A stretch of 63,036 bases of DNA, counting the filler, from Octopus bimaculoides (taxonomy: Eukaryota), in assembly GCF_001194135.2 (NCBI RefSeq). It is 8 parts of 7 records of this genome, joined end to end, with 100 filler letters (N's around TTAATTAATTAA, not from the genome) between each part and the next. Parts side by side here need not be neighbours in the genome. Positions count along the whole stretch, not along the records: positions 1 to 20,227 come from NC_068990.1; positions 20,328 to 26,859 come from NW_026343229.1; 6 more parts are not named here. One strand, given 5' to 3'. Positions 13,343 to 25,714 of this stretch are shown here, piece after piece (the stretch's first letter is position 1; each line of letters begins with the position of its first letter). A model generated the notes under the pieces. The model did no database searches. It was not told the DNA's origin and saw only the letters and a list, made by a program, of their open reading frames with translations. Made by a program: the position numbers and the translations under genes.

Positions 13343-13387
13343 ACAGTGACTTCGAAGTTTCAACCAGCTAAGCCGTCATCAGACTGC
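13343..13387 (-). ncRNA. Type I hammerhead ribozyme motif H1
   Basis: Minus strand GCAGT-CUGAUGA-C-GGCU(UAGCU)GGUU-GAAA-CUUCGAAG-UC/ACUGU: canonical core, GUC site, palindromic stem III, stem II mostly G:U. Confidence 0.7.
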
Positions 13388-13396
13388 GATGGCTTA

Positions 13397-13441
13397 ACAG
13401 TCCGACGATAGCCGAACGGGCCGAAACTTCGAAGTCACTGT
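13397..13441 (+). ncRNA. Type I hammerhead ribozyme motif H2 (U4C core)
   Basis: ACAGU-CCGACGA-U-AGCC(GAACG)GGCC-GAAA-CUUCGAAG-UC/ACUGU; perfect 5-bp stem I. Confidence 0.7.
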
Positions 13442-13496
13442 CAATAATATTTTTGTTTGCACACACATACATATATTCTTGCATAATTACATAGAC

Positions 13497-13571
13497 AACC
13501 GACAGACAGATAGTCAGACAGATAGACAGACAGATAGATAGATAGATAGATAGATAAATAGACAGACAGAC

Positions 13572-13645
<74 letters not shown>
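13497..13645. repeat. (ATAG)n/(ACAG)n tetranucleotide microsatellite
   Basis: Read directly; similar tracts at 23160-23265, 62728-62830 and 62945-63025. Confidence 0.95.
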
Positions 13646-14285
13646 ATAGGGAAGTTGAACAAAAGATATAGTGAAAGATAGCAACAATCGGAAGACGGAT
13701 ATACACACAGCTTAAGAGACAAGCTAGAAAAACAAAAATGATCAGAAACGGCAGATTAAGAGAAAGAGAAATTGGGAGAAAGAGAAAGAGAGAGAGAGAG
13801 GGGGGTCGGATAAACTATGAGAGAAGCCGTTTAGTTAGAAGGCAAAAATAACAACAACAACAACAACAGAGACAGTGAGGTAGAGAGAAATATATACGAG
13901 TAGACTAACGGAAATAGCTTGAGTGAGGGAGAAGAGCTGATAAGCAGCAGTCAGACAAAGTACGAGAGACAGTGATATCGTCATCGTTATGGTGAACTTG
14001 CCAATGTCGTCATCGTTATGGTGAACTTGCCAATGAGAACCCATGCACAATCAAATAACATCTGTCATTAGATTTAATATTGAAAAAAAACTAAACAGAA
14101 CTAGTTATTATTGAGAGTAAACATTGTCTTTTATCCTTTCCGGGGAATCAATAAAATAGGTACCAGTCAGGTACTGTGGTTGATGTAATCGACTAGCCCC
14201 CTCCACAAAATTTCAGGTGTTGTGCCTATAACAGAAGGGATTGTTATTATTATACGAATACGCCGAGCTTGCTGACTCTTTAGAC

Positions 14286-14569
14286 CAGGGGTTTTCAAAC
14301 TTTTTGACTTGCGGACCCCTTTATATTTCAGGCTTTACCCTTATAAACGCTTATGAAATTTATACATAAATATTTGCTTAAAATAACATATTTTTACATT
14401 TATTTATTTAACAGTATTTAACAAATAGGTTTATTGTCAATTAAAAGATTTCGATTAAAAACCATATATAAAATCAAATTGCCCATAAAAAGTATTTGCT
14501 GTTCACGGACCCCTTGTCTTGTCCTTGCGGACCCCCTGTGGTCCGCGGACCACAGTTTGAAAACTCCTG
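14286..14569. mobile_element. hAT (Charlie-like) MITE, 284 bp
   Basis: TIR CAGG(G/A)GTTTTCAAACT (15/16 match); exact 8-bp TSD CTTTAGAC (14278-14285, 14570-14577). Confidence 0.9.
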
Positions 14570-14805
14570 CTTTAGACGAATTGCCGCTAAGCAATTTTGT
14601 CCGNNNNNNNNNNNNNNNNNNNNNNNNNNNNNNNNNNNNNNNNNNNNNNNNNNNNNNNNNNNNNNNNNNNNNNNNNNNNNNNNNNNNNNNNNNNNNNNNN
14701 NNNNNNNNNNNNNNNNNNNNNNNNNNNNNNNNNNNNNNNNNNNNNNNNNNNNNNNNNNNNNNNNNNNNNNNNNNNNNNNNNNNNNNNNNNNNNNNNNNNN
14801 NNNNN

Positions 14806-15026
14806 ATCTTTTTAACTTGTTTCAGTCATCTGATTGCGGTCATGTTGGAGCACCGTCTTGGAAGGTTTTAGTCGAACAAACCGGCCCAAGATTTATTTTT
14901 TAAAGCCGAGTACTTTTTCTATCGACCTCTTATTGCCGAACCGCTAATTTACAAGGACGCAAGCACACCAACACCGGTTTCCAAGCGGTTGATGAGGGGA
15001 CAAATACACACACACACACGAATATG

Positions 15027-15072
<46 letters not shown>

Positions 15073-15230
15073 TACCGCAGGCTTCTTTCAGTTTCCGTTT
15101 ACCAAATCCATTCACAAAGTTTTGGTCGGCCCGAGGTTACAGAAGATACTTGCCCAAGATGTCACGCAGTGGAACTGAATCTGGAACCAAGTGGTTGGGA
15201 AGCAACCTTCTTACCACACAGCCATGCCCA
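14806..15230 (-). mobile_element. SINE A, diverged
   Basis: Reverse-complement colinearity with family A. Confidence 0.85.
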
Positions 15231-15235
15231 GAAAG

Positions 15236-15312
<77 letters not shown>

Positions 15313-15314
<2 letters not shown>

Positions 15315-15730
15315 GCGAAATGCTTAGCGGTATTTCGCCCGTTGCTACGTTCTGAGTTCAAATTCCGCCGAGGTCGACTTTGCCTTTCATCCTTTCGGAT
15401 ATCGATAAATTAAGTACCAGTTGAACACTGGGTTGATATAATCGACTCGCACCCTCTCCCAAAGTTGCTGGCTTTGTGCCAAAATCTAAAACCACTATTA
15501 TTATTATTATTACTACTACTACTACTACTACTTACTACTACTACTACTACTACTACTATCAAGGCGACGAGCTGGCAGAATCGTTAGCATGTCGAGCAAA
15601 AAGCTTCGTGGTAATTCGTCAGTTTTTAACGTTCTGAGTTCAAATTCCCCGAAGGTCGACTTTTCATCCTTTCGGATTCGATAAATTAAGTACCAAAATT
15701 CCAGGCCTTGTACCTTAAGTAGAAAGGATT
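15313..15730 (+). mobile_element. Two tandem SINE B copies separated by (TTA)n/(CTA)n
   Basis: GTTCTGAGTTCAAATTCC...GTCGACTTT...CATCCTTTCGG..TCGATAAATTAAGTACC occurs twice. Confidence 0.85.
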
Positions 15731-16067
15731 ATTATTATTATTTTACAGTATCTTTACATATTCAGTCTTCTTCGTTATATTTTTTTCTTTCAGTTTTGTG
15801 TATTTTTAAATCATGTATCTATTTTAAAATTCTTTTCTCATTTTGCTTTAGATTTTGTTTCATACACACACAAACACACAGGCAAACACACGCACACACA
15901 CACACACACATGCCTACACACACAGACACAGACACAGAGACACAGAAACACACACATACTGGCACAGACACATAGAGGCATACGCGCGCGCGCGCGCACA
16001 TATCTACACACGTACATACACACACTGGTACACAAAGCCTCCCCCCACCACCACCANNNNNNNNNNC

Positions 16068-16671
16068 AGCCATTGGACTGTGGTCATGCTGGGGGAACCG
16101 CCTTGAAGAGTTTAGTTAAAACAAATTGAGCCCAGTACATACTTTTGCTTATTTGTTTTTTAAAGTCTGGTTCTTATTCTTTCTCTTTTACCGAATTGTA
16201 AAGTTACGTCAGCACCAGTTTTCAAGCGTGGGGGACAGACAGATACATACACACACACATACACACACGTATATATATGCATACGACAGGCTTCTTTCAG
16301 TTTTCGCTTACCAAATCCACTCACAAGGCTTTGGTTAGGCCGCGGTTATATTAGAAAACACTTGCCCAAGGTGCCACACAGTAGGATTAAACCCAGAACC
16401 ATGTGTTTGGGAAGCAAACTTCTTACCACACAGCCATGCAAAATTTTTTTTGTTTTTTTTTTGTGTGAAATATATTCTTAATCTTTGTCGTTTAATGCTT
16501 CTTTCTTTTCTGACAGTCTCGACCAATAATTACTCTTTTATACTCTTTTTACTTGTTTCAGTCATTTGACTGCGGCCATGCTGGAGCACCGCCTTTAGTT
16601 GAGCAAATCGTCTCCAGGACTTATTCTTTGTAAACCTAGTACTGACTCTATCGGTCTCTTTTGCCGAACCG
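16068..16671 (-). mobile_element. Two SINE A copies (16068-16437; 16545-16671)
   Basis: Reverse complement of family A; the second copy runs into a gap. Confidence 0.8.
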
Positions 16672-17409
16672 NNNNNNNNNNNNNNNNNNNNNNNNNNNNN
16701 NNNNNNNNNNNNNNNNNNNNNNNNNNNNNNNNNNNNNNNNNNNNNNNNNNNNNNNNNNNNNNNNNNNNNNNNNNNNNNNNNNNNNNNNNNNNNNNNNNNN
16801 NNNNNNNNNNNNNNNNNNNNNNNNNNNNNNNNNNNNNNNNNNNNNNNNNNNNNNNNNNNNNNNNNNNNNNNNNNNNNNNNNNNNNNNNNNNNNNNNNNNN
16901 NNNNNNNNNNNNNNNNNNNNNNNNNNNNNNNNNNNNNNNNNNNNNNNNNNNNNNNNNNNNNNNNNNNNNNNNNNNNNNNNNNNNNNNNNNNNNNNNNNNN
17001 NNNNNNNNNNNNNNNNNNNNNNNNNNNNNNNNNNNNNNNNNNNNNNNNNNNNNNNNNNNNNNNNNNNNNNNNNNNNNNNNNNNNNNNNNNNNNNNNNNNN
17101 NNNNNNNNNNNNNNNNNNNNNNNNNNNNNNNNNNNNNNNNNNNNNNNNNNNNNNNNNNNNNNNNNNNNNNNNNNNNNNNNNNNNNNNNNNNNNNNNNNNN
17201 NNNNNNNNNNNNNNNNNNNNNNNNNNNNNNNNNNNNNNNNNNNNNNNNNGCTACATACTACACAGCCACTCCTGTGCCTATATTATTAGTTTTTTTCTGT
17301 TGGCGGGTCGGTTCGCCGACGAAGAGGTAAATTTCAACTTAGAAAAATTTTGCGTGCGTCATCAAATAAATGCATCACTAACTTTCTTTTAGCTCTTATA
17401 TATATATAT

Positions 17410-17745
17410 ACAGGGGCTGGACAAAATAATGGAAACACCTTAAAATTTCAAACAAATTACAGGTTTGAATTCTACGAGGTATGAACTCGTACAAAGTAAC
17501 GACTGTGTGAATTGATGCATTATCATCCTGAAAGATTGCGTTTCCCTTCAGAAGCAGTTCCGCAACAATAGGATGAATTTGATTAGATAAAATACTTAAA
17601 TAGTCTTGACTATTAATTCTGCCATTAAGGGAAGCCATTGCGCCGGCGGATTTCCAAGATGTAGCCCTCCAAACCATCACAGATCCTCCTCCATGTTTAC
17701 CAGATGGAAGAGGGCAGTCTGGGTTAAATGCTTCTTTTCGCTGTC
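17410..17745 (-). pseudogene. Tc1-like transposon relic: catalytic-domain fragment fused to terminal repeat
   Basis: Minus frame KHGGGSVMVW...NGRINSQDYLSIL...IFQDDNASIHT (typical Tc1 motifs), then TA-CAGGGGCTGGACAAAATAATGGAAACACC terminus at 17410. Confidence 0.9.
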
Positions 17746-17804
17746 TCCACACATATACTCGGCACACACACACATATACACATACACACACACACACACA
17801 CACG

Positions 17805-17955
17805 ACGAGTTTCTTTTAGTCACCGTCTACCAAATCTACTCACAAGACTGGTCGGCCCGAGGCTATAGTAGAAGACACCCAAGACGTCACACAGTGGGAC
17901 TGAAGCCAGAACCATGTGGTTGGGAAGCAAGCTTCTTAGCACACAGCCACGCCTG
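17805..17955 (-). mobile_element. SINE A 5' half
   Basis: Reverse complement of the family A head. Confidence 0.8.
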
Positions 17956-18592
17956 CACTCATATATACATACGCACATGTATGTATATATGTGTGTGTGT
18001 GTGTGTGTGTATAACACACATATGTATGTGTATATATATTCTCGTTGCTCACCTATTTTCTACTTCCTCCCCTTGTTTCTCCCTCTACCACTCTCTCTCT
18101 TCCTTACCCCTCGCTGGTCACATGCGTCCAGTTACTAATTCTTTTCTTCCTTGGCTATCACCGAGCAAACACGCGAACTTACTTCGTCCCGCTTCCAGTT
18201 CGTTGCCTCATAGCGTTCAATATACACATAATTTTTCACGTCTGACCGTATAGCCTTTTCCGTTTGTTTTCCTGTCTTGTTTTCTGTCCGCTACTACATT
18301 CCTTCATGGTACAAATTTAATTTGTGTATACAAATTTAATTTGTGGTCCGTGGGAAGAGCCATTTTAACGATGCGTCCTGCCCTACTCTTCGAAACGCCT
18401 GTGTTAGAATGGGGGCAGGTGATGAAGGAAAATGTTCTCTGTGGCCTGTGTGTGTTCTGTACTCTAGTTATTATTATTTTTTTGTCTACGTTTTGTTTAC
18501 AATATCCTGTACCCAGATATGCACCTATATATACTGGTAGACGTAGGTATGCACATACCTGTACGTATATATGCATATACTCATTTATTATT

Positions 18593-18641
<49 letters not shown>

Positions 18642-18659
18642 CACATATCTATATATATT

Positions 18660-18695
<36 letters not shown>

Positions 18696-18974
18696 CATAT
18701 GTATGTGTTTGTGTATATATATATAAATCAATAGGCGTAGGCGTGGATGTATGGTAACTGCACACCCTAGTGCGTAAGTGCACACACACATACACATGTA
18801 TGTATGTATGTATGTATGTATAAATATTCTTTCTATTCTTTTCCTTTTCTCCAGATCTTATCTCTATCCTCTTTCGGAAGAAGAACCATGTTTGAAACGT
18901 GACACCCCCTCTTTTTTCCATCTTCGTGTACGTCCTTGTAACATTTGTCATTTTTGTTTTAGCTTTTGGTTTGC

Positions 18975-19033
<59 letters not shown>

Positions 19034-20227
19034 CGTACTTACGCACATACGTACGTACATACATACGTACATACATACACACATACATACATCTGTGTAT
19101 AACAGAACAAAACTATAATTAAACAGATAGACGATTGGTAATCAGGTTAGGTTATGACGTATATATTTGAACAGGAGGGTAAAATTGATACGGGAGTGTA
19201 CAACTTTCACTGAACTTACACTCACACACACGGACAAACATATATATATGCGTGTATGTATGTATGTATGTATATATCTATCTATCCATCTATTGTTATA
19301 TTAGAATGTGTGTGCGTATGTATCAATATAAACAAACACATCTTATACATCAATACATTCATTACACTATATGATACTTACAAGGTAACACAATACACAT
19401 CCAAATACGAAAGAAACAAAACAAAAAACAAGCGTACTAATTAACTTTCATGAGACTCAGTTCGCATTTACTTTCCCTCCCTTGGATTTCTCTTCGTTCC
19501 CTTTCTCTCTCTCTCTCTCTTTCACTGCACCCCTTTCTCTCTCGCTCTTATTACTCCCCTTCTATCTTCCACTTCCACAATCACTCAGTAGACACAAAAC
19601 AGATTAAGCGGTATCAAAATATTGCTCGTCCTTTCACAATATATATTCTTGTCAATGGCGACCTATTTAACTTCTCAGCCGACTTGCGTCTCTTTCTTTC
19701 TTTCTTTCTTGTTCTTTCCTTCCTTTCTTTCTAATGTTTTGTGTTTGTATGCATTTCATTAACCAACTTTATTAATTACTATTACCACCACAATCTACCG
19801 AAACCACCACCACCGCTCTCACCCCCACTACCACCACTCACACACTAATCCTATCTACTTCTCTCAGTCGTGCTTTACTCATTAACTTAATCCAGCCGAG
19901 GCCACTGTTACAAGTCGTTGTTGTTATTGCTATTTAGCCCCAGGTCAGACCTGATTCAGCAAAAGCCATTATAACTATCCTTTTTGTTCTTGACGTTGTT
20001 GTTGGTGGTGGTGTTTATGGTCCAGATGGACTATATGTAATCTGAACCTTTCCCCCCTTATTATTATTTTTTTTACGGAATTCCACGTTTTAGGCTATGG
20101 AGATTCCGATTCTGAAAAATTTTTTTCAAAAATCTCAATTTCAAAATTTCGACCCCCCCCCGGTTTTTATATAGATCCACAGGGTAAACCTAACCCTAAC
20201 TCAAACCCTAACCCTAACCCTAACCCT

Positions 20228-20327
20228 NNNNNNNNNNNNNNNNNNNNNNNNNNNNNNNNNNNNNNNNNNNNTTAATTAATTAANNNNNNNNNNNNNNNNN
20301 NNNNNNNNNNNNNNNNNNNNNNNNNNN
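20228..20327. other. Artificial scaffold join: N44-TTAATTAATTAA-N44
   Basis: Same 12-mer (stops in all six frames) centred in N runs at 20272, 26904, 32934, 44996, 50474, 55769 and 61475. Confidence 0.95.
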
Positions 20328-20902
20328 AGACTCACACACACGTAGACACACACACACACACACACACACGTAGACTCACACACACACACACGTAGACACA
20401 CACACACACACACACACGTAGACACACACACACACACACACACGTAGACAAAGCCTTTAACGAATTAGTTGACCAAACAACGAAGAATTAAAACAGGGAA
20501 AAGAGTGGAAAAAAAAAGAAACGTGAAGTAAATTTTAGATCTTAAGCGACATCAGTTCCAGCGACATTTGTCAGGACATTATCGAAAAGTACAGACGAAG
20601 ACGGGTTGTAGTGGAAGGTTGCCTCCCTTAGTGAAGAGTCGCCTCCCTTGATTGGAACTGGAGTTTTATACATACACGCATACATGCACACACATGCACA
20701 AACAGAGAGACAGGCACACACACGTCTTACGTAAATAGGGACCGACGTACGTAACACGGACAGGTGGTGAAGAAATCAGGTTCTCGTGTTCCGTTAATCA
20801 ATGGACTTGCCATACGGAAAGTCTATGTATGTATGTATGTACGTATGTATGTATACGTACGTACGTACATGTATATATATGTGTGTGTGTGTAAATAATA
20901 TA

Positions 20903-20945
<43 letters not shown>

Positions 20946-21392
20946 NNNNNNNNNNNNNNNNNNNNNNNNNNNNNNNNNNNNNNNNNNNNNNNNNNNNNNN
21001 NNNNNNNNNNNNNNNNNNNNNNNNNNNNNNNNNNNNNNNNNNNNNNNNNNNNNNNNNNNNNNNNNNNNNNNNNNNNNNNNNNNNNNNNNNNNNNNNNNNN
21101 NNNNNNNNNNNNNNNNNNNNNNNNNNNNNNNNNNNNNNNNNNNNNNNNNNNNNNNNNNNNNNNNNNNNNNNNNNNNNNNNNNNNNNNNNNNNNNNNNNNN
21201 NNNNNNNNNNNNNNNNNNNNNNNNNNNNNNNNNNNNNNNNNNNNNNNNNNNNNNNNNNNNNNNNNNNNNNNNNNNNNNNNNNNNNNNNNNNTATATATAT
21301 AGACATATATATCGGCCATCATTATTATGATTGACCGTTGACTGAACACTATTCAATTTTTTTTCTCCGTGTTTTTCTCCTTGTCTCCGTAT

Positions 21393-21429
21393 TCTTTCTG
21401 TTGAAGAGCGTAGCTCGAAACGTCAAAGA
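21393..21429 (+). ncRNA. Minimal type I hammerhead-like motif H3 (CUGUUGA core)
   Basis: UCUUU-CUGUUGA-A-GAGC(GUA)GCUC-GAAA-CG-UC/AAAGA; all three helices pair; core differs from CUGAUGA at position 6. Confidence 0.6.
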
Positions 21430-21879
21430 CTTTCCGTATTCCCGAGCGTCATACTAATACATCCTTTTGTTATTTACACCACCTGTCCTCGTCTGTTGTT
21501 ATTATTTGTATATTCTCCCATATATATATATATATACACACACACATGTATAGACATATATACACATGTTTATGCATAAATATATATATACATGCGTGCG
21601 TGTGTGTTTGTGCGCGCGCTTGTGTGTGTATGTGTGTGTGTGTCTGTCTGTCTGTCAATGTGTGTGAAAAAAAGGATAAAGGCCCCTTTTCGGTCACGAC
21701 TGACCATGGGATTGCACCTAGAAACTTCCCTCCGATGCACAAGTCTAAACAAGGTCGTTTACAGAAGACCTGCAGTCACCCGTGCATACCAGCCTCCCTT
21801 TTTCATGCCACCGATGTTATCCAAGAGAAAGGCAAAGGGGCCGACACAGCTTGGCCCCAGTAATGTCACAACTCATTCC

Positions 21880-22165
21880 TAGAGCTGCGTAAGGTCCTGA
21901 GTTCAATTCTCGGCGACGCGCTGTGTTCTTCAGTAAGGCATTTTATTTGCTCTAGACCTCTCAGCTGGCAAAAAATGAATTATATCTTTATTGCCAAGGG
22001 CCAGCCTTGTCCCATTCTGTGTCACGCTGAATTTCCCTGAAAATTACGTTAAGGGTACACATGTCTGTGGAGTGCTCAGCCACTTGCACGTTAATACCAC
22101 AAGCAGGCTGTTCCGTTGATCGAATCACCTGGAATCCTCATCTTCGTCGTAACCGACGAAGTGCC
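21880..22165 (+). mobile_element. SINE family C, near full-length
   Basis: GAGTTCAATTCTCGGCGACGCG head, CORE-like domain, 3' end CTTCGTCGTAACCGACGAAGTGCC; reverse copies at 47795-48100 and 57330-57610. Confidence 0.8.
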
Positions 22166-22490
22166 AATTATGTATGTATGTATGTATATATGTGTATGTA
22201 TGTATGTGTATGTACGTATGTATGTATGTATGTATGTATGTATGTGTGTGTATGTATGTGTGTGTATGTATGTGTGTGTATGTATGTATGTATGTATACA
22301 TATATACACAGTATATATCTGTATATATAGTAGATGTGTGTATTTATGCATGCATATATATTTGTATGTATGTATATACGAAGAGTATGTATGTATATAT
22401 TCACATACATATGCATATATACACATCTACATATACAAATCTATCAATCTTTCTATATGTACTTACATTATGTGTGTATATATATGTATA

Positions 22491-22528
<38 letters not shown>

Positions 22529-23159
22529 ATGCATACATACATACACACAGATACATGTGCGTGTGTGTGAGATTATTCATACGTTATATGTGCATGCACA
22601 AAAAAGCACGGCCATATTTTTTTTTGTCTACATTCTCCACCACCACTACCACCACCACCTCCACAACCATCATCATCAATATCATCATAACCACGACCAC
22701 CACCACCACCACCACCCACACACACATCCCTCGCCGTTTACTAAATTCTTAGACGAGAAGAAATACAAAACAGGTTGGATTAGAAAGAAATTCGTCAACA
22801 ACGGTTCGTCGAGCGGCCATGCTACAGCACAACGCCTTTTGTCATGGACACAGAACGGCGCCAGGTGGCACCAGAAGTATGGGTAAACAGGAAGTGTTGT
22901 TTCACCAAACGTAGTCACGTGTCAAAAAAAAATATGGCGCTGAAAGGTGCTGAGCGCTTTCTTTACTTTCCCTTCGTCCATGTCTTCCTCTCTTCTTCTG
23001 TCGTCTGCTCTCTTTCTCTCTATTTCTTGCGCTTTCTCTCTCTCTCTCCCCCCCTCTCTCTCTCTATATATATATTACTCTCTCTCTCTCTCCCTAGGTC
23101 TCATTATCTCTCTTTTTCAGTAAACTTTGAGAGTTCTGTCATTGTTTCCTGTTCCTCTG

Positions 23160-23263
<104 letters not shown>

Positions 23264-23388
23264 CCTATCTACATCTATCTACCTGTCTATCTAACTGTTT
23301 GTCTGTCAGATGTCTGTCTATCTCTTCACTTCTCTGCTTATATATACATATTTTCAGAGATAGATAGCTAGCTAGCTAGATAGAGAGA

Positions 23389-23447
<59 letters not shown>

Positions 23448-24559
23448 NNNNNNNNNNNNNNNNNNNNNNNNNNNNNNNNNNNNNNNNNNNNNNNNNNNNN
23501 NNNNNNNNNNNNNNNNNNNNNNNNNNNNNNNNNNNNNNNNNNNNNNNNNNNNNNNNNNNNNNNNNNNNNNNNNNNNNNNNNNNNNNNNNNNNNNNNNNNN
23601 NNNNNNNNNNNNNNNNNNNNNNNNNNNNNNNNNNNNNNNNNNNNNNNNNNNNNNNNNNNNNNNNNNNNNNNNNNNNNNNNNNNNNNNNNNNNNNNNNNNN
23701 NNNNNNNNNNNNNNNNNNNNNNNNNNNNNNNNNNNNNNNNNNNNNNNNNNNNNNNNNNNNNNNNNNNNNNNNNNNNNNNNNNNNNNNNNNNNNNNNNNNN
23801 NNNNNNNNNNNNNNNNNNNNNNNNNNNNNNNNNNNNNNNNNNNNNNNNNNNNNNNNNNNNNNNNNNNNNNNNNNNNNNNNNNNNNNNNNNNNNNNNNNNN
23901 NNNNNNNNNNNNNNNNNNNNNNNNNNNNNNNNNNNNNNNNNNNTATATATATACATGCATGTATACACCCGTGCTTCTACCCGGACAAACATCCGAAGGG
24001 CATGTTGTGAATTCGAAATTAGGCAACCAGCCACCAGCTAACGCGGTTGTCTTTGGAACCTGTTGGCTTTTGGTCGCGCACACGCACGCGCAGCTCTACC
24101 TACAGATAAGCAGTCACTGACCTATATACACGCGTACGTACACACATTCGTAAACACACATACATGCATATATGTACAGATACACGCCTGTACATGCACG
24201 TAGTGTGTATATATATATATATATGTATGTATATATTTAATGGAACAAAAACGTAATAGAGGACAATGAAACATTCGGACAGAGAGACGATACAAAGGCA
24301 GACAGCAGCAACAACAATTAGAAGGACAGGGGAAAAAAGACGAGTCATTCGTGGCCTTCTTTCCTCAGTCAAGTAGCCAGAAGTCATCACTGTTTCGGGC
24401 AGTTACACTTGAGACTGTTCGATCGGGTTCCCGCTCCCGCAAAAAGTTTAAGCTAAGAGCATTCGATTTGTTGTATGAAAGCTAGCGAATGTGTACGGCA
24501 ACAAAAACAAAAAAAAAGACAATGTACAGGGTGGGGGAGGGGTGCTGCTCGATTATATC

Positions 24560-24900
24560 GATCGTAGTGCATAGCTAGTACTTTTTGCATTGACCCCGAA
24601 ATTCGAACGCAGAACGTAGAGGCGGGACGAAACGGCCGTAAGCATTTCGCCCGGCGTGCCAACGATTCTTATTTCTTTATTGCCCACAAGGGGATAAACG
24701 TAGAGGGGACAAACAAGGACAAACAAAGGGATTAAGTCGATTACATCGACCCCAGTGCGTGACTGATACTTAATTCATCGACCCCCGAAAGGATGAAAGG
24801 CAAAGTCGACCTCGGCGGAATTTGAACTCAGAACGTAACGACAGGCGAAATACCGCTAAGCATTTCGTCCAGCGTGCTAACGTTTCTGCCAGCTCACAAC
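24560..24900 (-). mobile_element. Head-to-tail SINE B pair
   Basis: Full copy 24667-24900 whose GAAATAA tail abuts a second head at GAATCGTTGGCACGCCGG. Confidence 0.85.
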
Positions 24901-24907
24901 CTTAATG

Positions 24908-24979
<72 letters not shown>

Positions 24980-25714
24980 GTAGTAATGTTCTCAAATGTC
25001 CATTTATATACACTTGTAATTACGCATAAATATGCATACTTAGAAATACACCCGCTATTGTATTGCCGCTGACTCTTCGGGGTACATCCGCCCTTCCACA
25101 GGTTTCGGTTTTCTTCCCGCATAAACGCACACAATCATACACGCACACATACATACGCACACACACACACACAGAGAAAGACATACATGCACACATTCAT
25201 GCACGCAGACACATAGACAAACACATACATACACGAACTCAAATACTTAGGCAAACACACACACATATACACACAAGTACACGAACACACACACAGACAC
25301 ATAAACAAAACAACACACACACACACACGTAAGGACACACGTAGGTTTTGACTGTGGGTGGTAACCCTAGAATCAGCTTTCAATGCGGCCCTCGTTTGCG
25401 CCGATGTAACAAAATACTGGTGCAAAAATCATAGCGCACATAGATGAGCGAGTCGTGGTGGTTTCACGCCCAGAAGCCGTGTCACACTCATCAGGTCCCC
25501 TACCCTTCATGTAAACCAAGATCATCACCGTGACTAACAGCTGGTAGAGGAAACCGCCCCAACAAACAAATCTTTTCGGATTTCGGCAGCGAAAGTCTGC
25601 TGCACAAAACATGTAACAATATCTGTGCCCTCAGTTCGAGAAAAGCCACCTGCGACTGCTCCAGCCAGCCGTGACATATGTTGATTTTTAATTCCACTCG
25701 TCCAAGCAGAAGTG

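Noticed and set aside
18345-18400. GAAGAG...CTCTTC-GAAACG, resembling a hammerhead stem II plus GAAA
   Set aside because: No CUGANGA-like core and no stem I.
20540-20660. Candidate exon after TTTTAG (DLKRHQFQRH..., or ILSDISSSDICQDIIEKY...)
   Set aside because: Several frames are open, there is no Cys pair for a C2H2 finger and no convincing donor.
22750-22960. GC-richer island with open frames, an ETS-like CAGGAAGTG and a YY1-like AATATGGCG
   Set aside because: Short motifs are expected by chance; no recognisable protein.
24230-24390. Signal-peptide-like ORF (MTRLFSPVLLIVVAAVCLCIV)
   Set aside because: Explained by a pyrimidine-rich strand running into microsatellite.
25450-25505. Minus-strand CTGATGA...GAAAC
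   Set aside because: Stem II is weak and there is no NUH or stem I complement.
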